The notes beneath the pieces are model-generated. The model worked only from the letters and a program-made list of their open reading frames with translations, was not told the DNA's origin and made no database searches. Made by a program: the position numbers and the translations under genes. DNA of 64,000 bases from the human T2T-CHM13v2.0 reference genome, Homo sapiens, in NCBI RefSeq assembly GCF_009914755.1, contig NC_060941.1; one strand, written 5' to 3'. Each line of letters starts with the position of its first letter. Position 1 is the first letter of the stretch. This document shows positions 38,301 to 54,743 of this stretch, piece after piece.

Positions 38301-38499
38301 GGGGGGCTCCCTTACGAAATGCAGTGTACTCTGACTGTTTCTATTTTATTTGTTTTAAAATCAGGCAGTGACATTGATTTCCCAGCCACTTGTGCTCTGG
38401 GATGGATAATGATCATTCATTAGATATGTAGTTCAGTGAACTTAGAGCTGATTGTCCACAGTTTACCACCTACCCCCAGAATACCAGGGATACCAGGAT

Positions 38500-39180
38500 C
38501 AAATGCTTTGCAAAAACCAAAATATACTAGGTCGTAAAGTATGAAATAAATATCCATGAGGCCATAATGAAATATATATATGTATAAATTATTGAACAGA
38601 TGATAATAAATAAATAGGAAAATCTCTCGTATAGAAGAAATCTGAATAACGTATGTTGATAATTGCCCCATTGAGGAAGTGAAGCATAACGTCCCACCGT
38701 GTAAGCATGAGATGTGCGTAGTGGCTTCCTTATAAAGGGTAGAGTTTGGAAAGTGGGGGGAACAGCAACTGTATAGTGGAGAAACCCAACAAACACTGTC
38801 TCAGAAGGTGATCAAGGACAACATCGATAGTGACAGATTGTGATGATGGCATACACCCTTGGTGTGATGTGGTGAGAATAGAACTTTTCCTCTGTGGTCT
38901 TCCTCCCAAACCAGTAATCCCAGTCTAGTCCTGAGAAAAATGCCAGACAAATCCCAACCGAGAGGCATTCTACAAAATGCCTGATTAGGACCTCTCAAAA
39001 TTGTCAAGGTCATCCAAAACAAGGAAATTTTGAGACACTGTCAGAGCCAAGTGGAGACTAAGGAGGCAGCTGACTAAATGCAGTGTGGTGTCCTGGATGG
39101 GACCCTAGAATCAAGAAGAGGACATTAGGTAAAAACTAAGGAAGTCTGGATCAAGTATGAATGTTACTTAATAATGTTAT
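38500..39180 (+). mobile_element. Old L1 (L1MC-like) 3' end
   Basis: gacaaatcccaaccgagaggcattctacaaaatgcctga...ctcaaaattgtcaaggtcat...gtcctggatgggaccctagaa is typical of L1MC 3' UTRs. Confidence 0.7.
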
Positions 39181-39233
39181 TTATGGATTAGGTTAGTCCC
39201 TGATAGTTCCCTACTTTGTTGACCTAGGTATCA

Positions 39234-39870
<637 letters not shown>

Positions 39871-41225
39871 GGTGCTCTCCTTGTCATTATTATTATTTTC
39901 TAAACACTTGCAAGCATTTTTGAGAGGCTGTTCTAGGCTGGAGATTTGCTAGGAATTGAGGTCAAGATCTGGCACCGGCCTCTGTGTGCTCAACTCACCC
40001 TCCTTAACCAGCTGTGGTGTTCCTGCCCCTCTTACGTCCCCTCGGCAGTCAGAATGGTAGACATTGAAAGCAGCCAGAGATGTCCTGGACCACACTTCCC
40101 TGTGACATGGTCCTCTTCCCTTTCCAGTTTGAAGACCGTCCTTCTTGCTAGAAAAATAGAAATAAGAATCACCAAGTAGGCCTCTCCCATGCATTAACAC
40201 AGCACCATCTCCTCTGGACAGTGGGCCTGTCCTGCCTGCTTGGAAATGAAATGATGGTCCCCACTGGGCTCCCTGAGTCCTCAGGTCCCCTCTGAGCTAA
40301 TGCCTGCTATGGGGGAATTGCTAGTGCCACTTGGGTTAAGCCTGGGTCTTTGAAATGGCAAAGGGGTTGGGGTGCTAGGATGGGCTGAGACCGGCCAGGA
40401 GCCAGCCCTGGGGCTGGGATCGATGTCTTTTGAGATACGTGGCTTCCAGGAACAGGAGCACCTGGAACTAAAGCTCCTCTGCTCAGGAGTAGCAATTGGA
40501 TAACAGGGAAGAAACAACTGTATCCCCACAGCTGTGGCTGGAGGAAGGGGTGAAGGGGAAGGTAGGGCCAGATCAGTGGTTCCCTGTAGGCAGTGAGACC
40601 TAGGCAGCCAAGAGTGGATGTGTATGAGAGAACAGGGGATGGGGAGCAGGATTGGAGGCAGGAGGCCTCCTCGGGACTGTGGCACATGGTAAGAGAGGAA
40701 GAGCATCCTAACTTGGGCAGTGGCGGGGGGTGCAGAATTGACAGGGGCCTGGAAGGCCGGCAAAGTCCCAACGAGCTACTCCCAAAAGGTGATAGTTAAA
40801 GGTGCTCTTTTGAGACCAGGCAACCTCTATGTGCCCCACCCTAATGAGGCTACCATGCAGAGTGACAAGGCTGGCACATCAGAAGGAAGACCCAGGTGCC
40901 CTGAGCCTGGCAGAAAAGGTGGGAGTGCCTGGGACCTGAGGTGGAAGCAGGACAAGAGTGAGCCCAGAGAGATGTTCTCTTTCCTATGCTTCTGGGAAAC
41001 TGTGCTCCTGAGGTTGGAGGTCATCATGGAAGTGGGGCCAAGGCTGGGGATCCCTTGGGGCCTGGGGATGGGCATGTGGCACCACACTCTGCATTGAGGC
41101 GGGAGGACGAGTCCTAGCTGGGGCACCCTCTGGCCTCTTGTGCCCACCAGTTTGGCTGTGCTGGGAGGAGGCCAGATGCAGAAAGTCTGCTGGGACTCAT
41201 CCATCTTATCAGACACGCCCCTGCC

Positions 41226-41690
41226 TTTTTTTTTTTTTTTAATTGAAACAGGCTCTCGCTTTGTAGCTCAGGCTGGAGTTCAGGGGTGCATCATGGCTCA
41301 CTGCAGCCTCGAGCTCTTGGGCTCAAACCGTCCTCCTGCCCCAGCCTCCCAAGTAGCTGGCACTGCAAGTATATGCCACCATGCTCAGCTAATTTTTTGT
41401 CAGACACTTTTTTTTTTTGAGACGGAGTCTCACTCTGTCACCCAGGCTGGAGTGCAGTGGCTCGTTGCAACCTCCAACTCCGGGGTTCAAGCGATTCTCT
41501 CACCTCAGCCTCCCGAGTAGCTGGGATTACAGCCATGTGCCACCACGCCCAGCTAATTTTTTGTATTTTTAGTAGAGACAGGGTTTTGCCATGTTGGCCA
41601 GGCTGGTCTTTTAACTCCTGACCTCTGGTGATCCACTGCCTGAGCCTCCCAAGGTGCTGGGATTACAGGCGTGAGCCACCACAGCTGGCC
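41226..41690 (-). mobile_element. Alu right arm (41226-41399) plus full antisense Alu (41408-41690)
   Basis: Antisense Alu consensus; TSD TGTCAGACACT at 41398-41408 and 41691-41701. Confidence 0.88.
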
Positions 41691-42765
41691 TGTCAGACAC
41701 TCTTGACGAAGCCTGAATCCATTTGGCAAAACCTTGCTGAGTTCCAGCGTCATTCCCAAGACACTGGAGTTCTAGAGAAGGAGGAAATGCCAGCGTTGAG
41801 AGACCGTGCCATGGGGGGTGGGGGGTGTGATCCCTGCCTCCATTGGTGAGACCTGAATGGGGGACATATAGACCTGAGTAGGGGGAAGAATCAGCCCTTC
41901 CCATCAGCAAGACGTGCCCTCCGAGGGATATCAGTGGGTAGAGAACCTTGAACCATCCACAAGCTTCCCTTATGGGCGTCCAGCCCATGAAGTGTGACGT
42001 TCCCCCTTGTACAGGTGGGTCACGAGGCTGGACAGGCAGCGTGGCTTTCAGACCTGGCCCTGGCTCTGAGGCTTAGGAGCCTTCCCTAGCACCGGGAAGA
42101 AAACCAAAGAGGAAAAGAAGAAGAAAGGACCGGACAGAGGGAGGAGAGGCTGGGCCAGGAGATTCCTGTGTGCTGCCTGGGCTGGTGGGCGGGGAGTAGG
42201 GAGCCCAGGAACCTGGGAACGGGGGCGATGGCTACAAAGCCACCCCTTTTTCCTTCAGCAGGGCCTCCACTGCCTGAGAAGTTCGGCACTGGGCAACACT
42301 GCCTTGGAGGGCAGTGCATTGCTAGGGTGGGCAGCAGGCTCCTGGACAATGGTGCCCCGGCCTGGGCAACCTTCGGCCGGCAGGAATAGGGGTGTTCACA
42401 GGTCCACATGGAGGAGGGGTTCTGCCTCAGCCCTGGAGTGTAGGGCGGAGGGCTCCTTCCCTTCCTGTTGCAGCACCCCTTTGGCCCACTGAGCAGTCAT
42501 CCCCACCCCAGCCCTGAGCAGTGCCACCAGGAACAGTGCAGAAGGGGAACCTGACAGCTGGCTGAGATAGACTCTTAGAGCTGAGTCACACCAACCTGGG
42601 CGGGATGGAGGGGAAATGCCCGCTGGCCTGGAAATGGCATATGGCTTGCCCAAGTCACTGCTGTCCTCCTAGCCCCAAGTTATTGGGTAAATGCGCTGAA
42701 ATTTTTATAGAGTTGATTTTATGGAAGTATCCCTTACATTTACCCTTAACACGGGTCCAGATTTA

Positions 42766-43413
<648 letters not shown>

Positions 43414-44300
43414 TTATTCCATTAACATCTTGGGTACCTACTGTGTGCCAACCCTGCCCTGGGCACTGGGAAATAGGAAACAACAGGGACCTGGGCTCGC
43501 ATTCTGATAGGGGTCGCAGAAAAGAGGCAAAGGAATAGAAACAACTGTCAGGTGCGGGTAAGTGGCAGAAAGAAACATTAGTGCCGAAACAAAAGCCAGT
43601 GTACTTAGAACAATGTCATAGATGGCTATTGAGGTGGAGCCCAGAATGAAATGGGGGCTGCACCTTGCATATGTCTTGGAAACGTGGTCCAGGCAGAGGC
43701 AGGAGCCTGCCCAGGGGCTTAGAGGCACAGTGAGCCCGAAGACAAGGGTGGGGCCAGTTCCTGTGGCCTTCCCTGCAGGGGCTTTGGCTTTCTTGGAATG
43801 AGATGGAAGCCCCCAAAGGGTTCTGAGCGGAGGAGATACAGGATCAGACTTAGGTTTAATGGGGACCACCCTGGCTGCTGTGTGGCTCCTCGGAGAGGCA
43901 GAAGGGGCCGGGGAGAGGCAGGGAGACCAGCACCAAGGCTAGTTCTTCACCCAGGTGATGGGCGCTGGGGGCCAGGAGCAGAGGAGAAGCCGTGGAGCAG
44001 TGGCTGGATCTTGAAAATGGAGCCGATTGGCAGTGGGAGTGAGCAAGAGGAGACTTTGGAGACAAGCTGCCGTTGCTGGGTGGGGAGGCAGAGAGGAAGA
44101 GGGCTGGGTGAGGACTCGGGAGCTCCACGTTGGCCTGTGAGACCTGAGTGCAGCTGTGGAGCCAGTGGCGATGGACAGGTCTGGGGACCACGCTTCAGCC
44201 CCCACCGCCTGGCACATCCTGGGCTCTTTCTCCCTTTCCTTCTACCCTGGCCCTGGGGTCTCATCTCATTGCCCACAACAAAGGAGTTTACAGAAGCTGA

Positions 44301-44816
<516 letters not shown>

Positions 44817-45289
44817 CTATAACAACCCATGACCCAAGACGGGGAGCAGGCTCCATACAGCTGTAGCCCAGATTCCAGCTGTAAGGACCTCTGGCTTCCC
44901 TGGAGACCAAGGCCTTGAGTCCAACACACACTGCAGTTGCTGTGGCTCAGGGCTTACAGGCGCAAAACCCGGAGAAGATTGCCAGCTTCCTCCAAAGTGT
45001 TTGCTGATGACACATGGGCCTGCAGTGGGCACTGTCCCCAGGAAGATCCCAGTCTAAGGCTAGCACCTGGACAGGATAGACAGAGGATTGATTTGAACCA
45101 AAACAAAAACCAGAAGGGGAGTAGAGGTCATTCAATGAGACTCCCATTCAGTGCCTGCATCACTCAGTAGCCAAGAGACAGGGACGCGCTGCCTCCCAAG
45201 GCAAGCCCATTCTCACCTGGCAGGGCTCTGGCTGAGTTCTTGTTCATATAACGAGCTGAAATCTATCTCCTAGAGTTCCATCTGCTCAC

Positions 45290-45590
45290 ACTTCCTCCAC
45301 CCATTCATCCAACCATCTGCCTGCCGGTTCACCTAAGCATCCACTTACCCATCCATCTACCCATCCATCATCCCTTCCATCCATATATACCCAACCATGT
45401 ACCTCCTGATCCATCCGTCCAGTGAACCGCCCATCCAACAGTCCATCCACCCATCCATTCATTAGCCACGCACCCCTTAGTCCACCCATCTGTTTATCCA
45501 CCCTTCTGCCCACTTCCGTAGCCTCCCCATCTGTCCATGCATCCATCCATCCATCCATCCATCCATCCATCCACCCACCATCTACCACTT
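45290..45590 (+). repeat. Degenerate (TCCA)n simple repeat
   Basis: Repeated CCAT/CCAC units; pure tract at ~45541-45575. Confidence 0.9.
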
Positions 45591-45917
45591 CCTGAGTATC
45601 AGTCATGCAAAAGTCCTAAGCACAGACCCAGGGATGGGGACTGGTATTTTCAGGGAGTGACAAGTGTCTCCATGTGGTGAAAGGACAGGGAGGGCAGGGA
45701 GACTGAGAACTCAGGCTGGAACAGGGACCAGATGGTGACTTTCGGGAGGGCTCAGGAGCTGGGAGGGTCTGAGTAGCTCAGATGAGTTTTGGATGAGCAG
45801 CAACACCTCAGTGCAGTGATTCCTGCCCTCTATGGAATCAACTCTTTTTTATGATTTCTCACTTCCCACACAGGCCATTGGGTCTGGCAAGAGCTGGGAC
45901 CTTGCTGAAAAATGTGA

Positions 45918-46289
<372 letters not shown>

Positions 46290-46494
46290 TTATTATGATA
46301 GGTGGACCTCAGTTTCCTTATCTGTAAAATAGAGGTCATACCCCTATTTGTGGCACTGTTGTGATGGTTGGAGATTGAATATATAGAGATATATGAGTAT
46401 GACTGAGCATGGTGGCTATTGCATCATTTCTTCACCGCCCCGCCCCCCCGCCCAGCCATGACCCACATGGGTACTGCCCTGCCCTCAGTCCTAG

Positions 46495-46967
<473 letters not shown>

Positions 46968-48707
46968 CTGCCTTTGTATTTCTTAATCCCTTTCGTCATC
47001 ACGGCAACCAGGAGCCTCCATGAGGTGAAGTGACTTGTCCAGGGTCTTGAGTAACTGGTGGAGCTGGGATTAGAACCCAGGTCTGTCAGGTTCTAAAGCT
47101 GCCTTTTTAGCTTCCTGCTGTGGGGGTCTCATGTTCTTAGAAGGTCAGAGGAGGGAGAGAGTGACCTGATCTGAGTTCCAGAAATCTAACATTGGAGAAA
47201 TCTGAAATTTGAGACTTCCTCTGGCTGGGGACTTTGAGCCTGGGGTGGTCTCGGTTGGGAAATGCGCAGATCAGAAGTAGGTCTGGGCTCTGCAGGATGG
47301 GCGGCCAGGGGCCCTCTCATGGGCACTGCATCCCAGCACTGGGCAGGGAGGGAGGCTGCCAGCGAACTGTGCCCAGAATTATGCATCTGCGCCACTTCCT
47401 GTTCAAATGGTGATTCCATGGCCCCAGGAGGTGCGCATTTCTCTGACTGCTCCGATTTCCTGCCAGGCACTCATAGGTAATCCTCTGCAGGCCCAGGCTG
47501 TGTGGGGCTGAGTCTTCTTTGTCTCCAGTTGGCCGCCCCGCCAGCCCGTGGACCACACACTCCTGTTCCTGCATCCTCCTCGGCCTGCACTGCAGATCCT
47601 CCCCAGTCAGAGGCCCTGCAGCCCCAGCCGGCCTTGGCCCCATCCTGCTCTCCGCCCCGTCCCCACTTCCACTTTTCTACTGCACCTCAGATCAGGCCAG
47701 GCCATCTCTCAGGTTCTCTCCCTGCCCTGGGGAAGTGACTGGGAGCTGGGCCCTAGTGTCAGACACATCTGGTTTGAGACCCAGCTCTGCAACTTACTTG
47801 CTGCGTGACTCTGAGAAGTTACTTAACCTCTTTATGCCTCAGTCTCCTCATCTGTATAGTGGGGATAATATTAGCAATGCATGTTAAACCCTCAAAACGA
47901 CACGTGACATAGTGTCACATATGTTTGTTAAAATGACCGTTACCACCACCTCTAGGTTTTCTGAGTCAGCTGTCTGATCCACTCTTTTACAGATTTTTTG
48001 AGGTCAGATTCTGTGTCATGTTTGGGGCCAGAGGGTATACAGATGAGTAAGATAGGATTCCTTCCCTGCGGTGGGGGCGGGGGACTGACATGGAAACCAG
48101 ACCTGCGGGAAGGGTGCGGGCTTGTGCAGGTGTGGCTGAGGCATGAAGATAGGAGAGTCACTCTGCCTGGGAGATGAGAAAGCCTTTCTGGAGTGGGACT
48201 TCAGAAATGGATGGCGGGGCTGAGTTTGGAACAGGGTCTGCCAGGGTGGAGGGAAGGACAGGTATGCCAAAGGTGAGACCTACCTGTGCAGAGGCCCACC
48301 TGCAGGGGTGGAGGGGCTGACCAGGCAGGCTGGAGGCAGGAGGTGGCAGGGCTTGATTTTATCCCAAAGGTTTCGGGATAAAATGTTGAAGAGGTTTAAG
48401 CAGAGGGCCACACAGCTCTATTGCCTTTAGACAAACCCACCTAGAAGTAGCGTGGGTTGGGGAGAAGGGGCTGAGGTGGGAGGCTTCTGTCCCAGTTCAG
48501 GGGCAAGGAGAGGGGACCCTGAGGATGGAGAGAAGGGGAGGGTCAGAGGGAGGCTCCCAGGCGGTCTGGAGGCGTTCACATGGGTCCTCCATGATTCCCA
48601 CCTCCATGACTGGGTGCTGGAGCCCTGAGCCCAGCGCAGGTGGCACTCATAGGCCTGCCAAGCTCACGCAGCCTCAGGGCCTGCCCTTGCTCTCAGGAAT
48701 CATTTGA

Positions 48708-49042
<335 letters not shown>

Positions 49043-50383
49043 TGATATAGAAATTTAAATTACTTTATACTTAGTTTTTCTTAGTTTTCTTTATACTTAG
49101 TTTTACTTTTATAGTAGGAAAAAGAAAGCTAACTAGCACTGAATTGAATTTCTGTACCTTAAAACCCACATCTGGTTATGATTGCCTGGTGTGAGCTATC
49201 GTGACCCTTTTTCACCTCGAGGTGTTTACTGTGCCTGAATCTGTTCTAGAGATGGTGGTGTCTCCTCCCTCTCCCACCCCTGCCTCATCCCAGGCACCGA
49301 CTGGCCCTCACACCAGTCACTATTAGTGTCTGCACTAATAGTGCAGACACTCTGCTCTGCCCAGCCCAGCTCACTGAGCCCAGCCCACCTGGCAGGGCAC
49401 CTGGGCCAGCTGGTCAACCCCTGGGCTCAGCTCCTGCTCTGGTGCAAGCAGGGTGGGGCCCAGGGATACTTTGCTCCCCAGATGATGCCCTCCAGAGGGC
49501 GGAAGGGGGGTTGTCTGGAGCCAGGCTCACTGCAGAAAGCCTGGAGGAGGAGTCCTGGGTACCCTGAGCTGAGCTGCACCTCCCTCAGTACCACTGACTG
49601 TCCCTTGGGCTCTGCTCCCAGCGCAGGCGCTCAGCTGCCAGCCAGAGGAGTGGCCTCTGGTGTGGGCATCTCACAACCCCTGACCCCCAGGAGGCACGTC
49701 CTAGACACTGTGTGGGTGGAATCCAGGGCCTGTCTGCTCATTTGTCTGGCCAGAGGCACTGGCTTTGGGCTTCTGGTCACCTTTTCTAAAAATGGTCGTG
49801 TCTCCTCCTTCTGTCTCCCCTGCCTCAAAGCAAGCCTTGCTCCAGGCACGAGGGTGCTGTTTCTGCACGACCCCATCAGCACTATTATTTTAATGTATTT
49901 GTTTCTGCCAGTTTGATAGGTGTGTAATGGTATTTCACATCTTGTTTACACTTGCATTTTTAATTGCTCATGAGACTTTGCATTTTTTCCATGTTGCTAT
50001 TTACTCTTGGTATTTCTTTCTGCATAAACTGTCCTATCGATCTTTTTTCAGCATTTATCAAGGGGAATTTTTGTTTTGCCCTTTATTTTAAAGTCAGTTC
50101 TATATATTTCAGCACTGTTTGTCATGCCATTTTTTCTTGCTCTGTTGCTTTCCTCTTTCTCTCTGTTAATCATATCTTATTGCTCAAAAGTTTTCCTGTG
50201 TGTGAATATGTTTTCTTTCAATTATATCACATCTGCTTTGTTTCTGATTATATCTATCACTTCTTTAGTAGTTAGACACTTATTTTCCATCTCTAACAAG
50301 AATAAATAAGCCATTTTGTTTATAACCCCCAGTTAACTCACCAACTGTTTAGTGTTTTGACACATTTGTTTTTTTGTTTCACT

Positions 50384-50386
<3 letters not shown>

Positions 50387-50417
<31 letters not shown>

Positions 50418-50694
50418 AGACAAGGCTTCGCTCAGTCACCCAGACTGGAGTACAGTGGTGTGATCTTGGCTCACTGCAGCCTCAACTTCCTGGGCTCAAG
50501 CGATCCTCAGCCTCTTGAATAGCTGGGACTAACAGGTGTGTGCCACCACGTCCTGCTAATTTATTTTTATTTTTTGTAGAAATGGGGGTCTCACTATGTT
50601 ACTCAAGCTTGTCTTGAACTCCTGGGATCAAGCAATCCTCCTGCCTCAGCCTCCCAAAGTGCTGGGATTACAGGCATGAGCCATCGTGGCTGGC
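50387..50694 (-). mobile_element. Alu (AluJ-like) with long poly-T
   Basis: Antisense Alu consensus. Confidence 0.9.
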
Positions 50695-53627
50695 TTTCAC
50701 CCTACCTCTTATCTGTCTGTCTTATCTATCCATCTATCATCTAACTCCATTTCTGTTGTTTTGTTTTGCTTGAACCATTTTCAGTAGATGAAAGACATCT
50801 TGACCTTTCTCCCATAAATACTTGACAGTTTCCTGCCCAAATGCAGTGCCATGATCACCCAGGGATTTCACATTAATTCAGCGATGTCATCTAAGATTCA
50901 GCTCATAATCAGATTTCCCTAGTTGTCATAACATTGATGTTTCTGAGGAGTCCAGGCCAGTTGTCCTATAGACTGTCCCATCACCTGGATGTGTCTGTTT
51001 CCTCGAGGTTAGATACACAGTAAGCGTTTTTGGCAGGGACAGGTGGTGGTGTGTCCTCAGAGCATCTCATGAGGGGCCACATGATGTTCATTTGTTCTAT
51101 TTTGGGGATGCTGAGTTCAATCACTTGATTAAGGTGGTGTCTACCTCATCTATTCAACATAATGGTACTTTTCCCCTTATAATTAATAGGTAATCTGTGG
51201 GACCATACCTTGGGACAGTGTAAACATTTGGTTTACATAATAGTTTTAGCATCCACTGATGCCCCTTGCCTGAGTAAATTACACTGGTGGTTGCCAAATG
51301 GTGATTTTTTTCTAATTCTCTCATTCTTTCCACAGATAGAGCATTGTTCTGTTAAAAAAAAAAATTCTTTCCTTCCACCCCCCTTTTCTGAGTATCACTA
51401 TGAACTTGTGGCTCCTTACCTCCCCAGCCTGTCATACCTTGTTACCTTCATTCTTTTTAATGCTCAACAGTTTTTTGTTTTGTTTTTAATGCAACATTAT
51501 AACATTTTGAGCATTATGACTTGGAATAATGTATTTTTAATTGAAACAAGCCAATCATTATTACCTTTTAAAAATCCTTCTGATAGTCTTCATTATTTAT
51601 GGATTTTGAAGAATGTAACACATTTTTCAGGGTCTGTAACGGGTATTGCATTCAGTCTATTAGATTAGAGAGTGCTGCCATCTTTACATACTATATTTAG
51701 TCCTCCCAATAGGAGCAAAATATTAACATTAAAAATAGGTGTTTTACAATTGGACTAAATAAATGTTTAATATTTAATGTGTTTTATTACTGCTGAGAAT
51801 TAAGTACTTTTTTTCCATTGATTTTTTTCCTAGCTGCATGTCACTAGCATATAGGAATATAATTGATTTTTTGTAAATGTTTTCTCTAATCTCACCACTG
51901 GTATGAATTCATTTATCATTTCTAGTAGTTTTCTGGTTGATGACTTTGCATTTCCTAGGTAAGCCATGCCATCCAGTTCAAAAGTCATTGTTTTGTGTCT
52001 TCTTTTGAGTTCAATTACTTTTTCTTCTGAGATGGGAGCCGCCAGCATTTCTAGAGCTAAGCGGGGTGGGCACAGGAGACATCGCCCCAACTGACATGTG
52101 CTGGAACATTGGCCACAGGCCCAGCTGTGAGTCAAGGAGAACAGCTGGGGCAGGGGCAGTGGTCTTAACAGACAGGGTCCCAAAGGAAGTGGTGAATCCT
52201 GAAGAGGTCGAGGCTGGTGTTGGCACAAGAGGTGGCCTAATAGAGAGGGAAGGGGGCCAGCAAGAGGCCATCAGGCCTCCTGCTATGGTTCAGGGGAGGA
52301 CTCCAGCCTCATGGCAGAAAAACCAAGTCCCAGGCAGCAGAGCAGGGATGATGGACCAGATGAAACATGCACACAGACGGCCGCAGAGTTGATCCGGGCA
52401 GCCAGATGCAGCTAGCTGGGCTGAGGCTGTTCCCTGGCCCGTGTGTGGTCTTGGATGGTGGTGGAGCCAGTAGGGATAAGGGTTGGTAAGGGATGGTGGA
52501 GGCAGGACCCCATCATCCTTTCCTTATAATTTTTTACAGTGGAGAGACAGTAGCTTCCTACCATTAAGTACCTTGTCAGTACTTAGGTTTAGGTCAATAT
52601 TCTTTTGCATATTAATAAAGACCACCCCCTCTCCGCTCCGTTCTCCTTTTGTTAGAGTCTTATTCAAGACCAGATGGTAAATTGTATCAAATGTCTTCCC
52701 AGCATCTATTAAATGTTTCAACGATGCTTGCTATTTTCCCAGTTGATGTAAAGAATTATGCTTGGAATGGATGAGTCTCCACTTGGCCAGGCCTGGTCAG
52801 GTGCCCATCCTCAGCGGCAGTCCACCCAAATCACAGAGAATGGGGAGGAGCAGCTCCCCAGAGGAAAATCAGGGTGCACTTACCAGGTGAGGGGCATTGC
52901 AACGTTGGGTAGAAAGAAACTCCAGATGTGTAGGAAAACTTAGCCTTTTAGCCCAAGCTCTCTTGGTTCCCACCCTGCACTCAAGGAGCAGGGAGGAGCA
53001 TTTATTTCTGTGATTCTCCTGGCATGAGGACAGATGCTGGGTTTCTGCAGCCCTCTGCCTCCAACACAGGGTGTTGTACTGGTACACAGTACTGGGTTTA
53101 TAGTGTGTAACAGGGGCACAGTGTTACTTAACCGACTGGGTGAGTAAACAAATAGAGTGCAAGGGGACCAGCCCGGAACCCAGGAGCCCCAGCTCCTCCT
53201 GAGCCCTGCCCCCAAAATCTTGTGATTTGGAAGCAAGTTCCTCTCTGCTTCTTGAGGCTGCTAGATGGTTTGGGAGGCAGGAGGGCTTTGTGATCAAGGA
53301 CTCAGTGTCTGAACGGGTCAGAGGTCAACTCCCAGATTTCCAGCTTGCCGGCTCTATGACCTGGGATGGGCCTCTGTACTTCCTGGTGCCTCACCTGCGA
53401 AATTGGGATGCGATACTGTTCCCCTGAGAGGGTTCTCATGATGCTAATGAAAGAAGGAGGGTGAAGCACTTAGCACAGCCCTTGTGCATCCTAAGCCCTT
53501 TACCGAGAGGAGTTATTAGGGTGCACTCTGTGTCTTTGGGGATATTTAGAAGAGGAAGTTCTGCGCTGGTTATAGATTATTTGGGGCTCTTGTGGGGATA
53601 GGGATAAGTATCCAAGTCCATAAGTCA

Positions 53628-54233
<606 letters not shown>

Positions 54234-54428
54234 TCATCATCAGAATCTCCAGGGGAGGCCCTGGAAAATGCAGCTTCCAGGGTCCCACCCTGGTGAACAG
54301 GCTCTGCAGATCTGTGTTGAGATGACAGGATGAGAATCCCTCCCATCTTTCCACCCTGGATGGCACACGGTTTAATGGAGGATGCGTAGGCCCTGGATCG
54401 GAATGCCAGGCTCAAACCTCACTTTCCA

Positions 54429-54743
<315 letters not shown>

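Noticed and set aside
45286-45606. 106-aa ORF rich in WMDG
   Set aside because: Translation of the (TGGA)n simple repeat.
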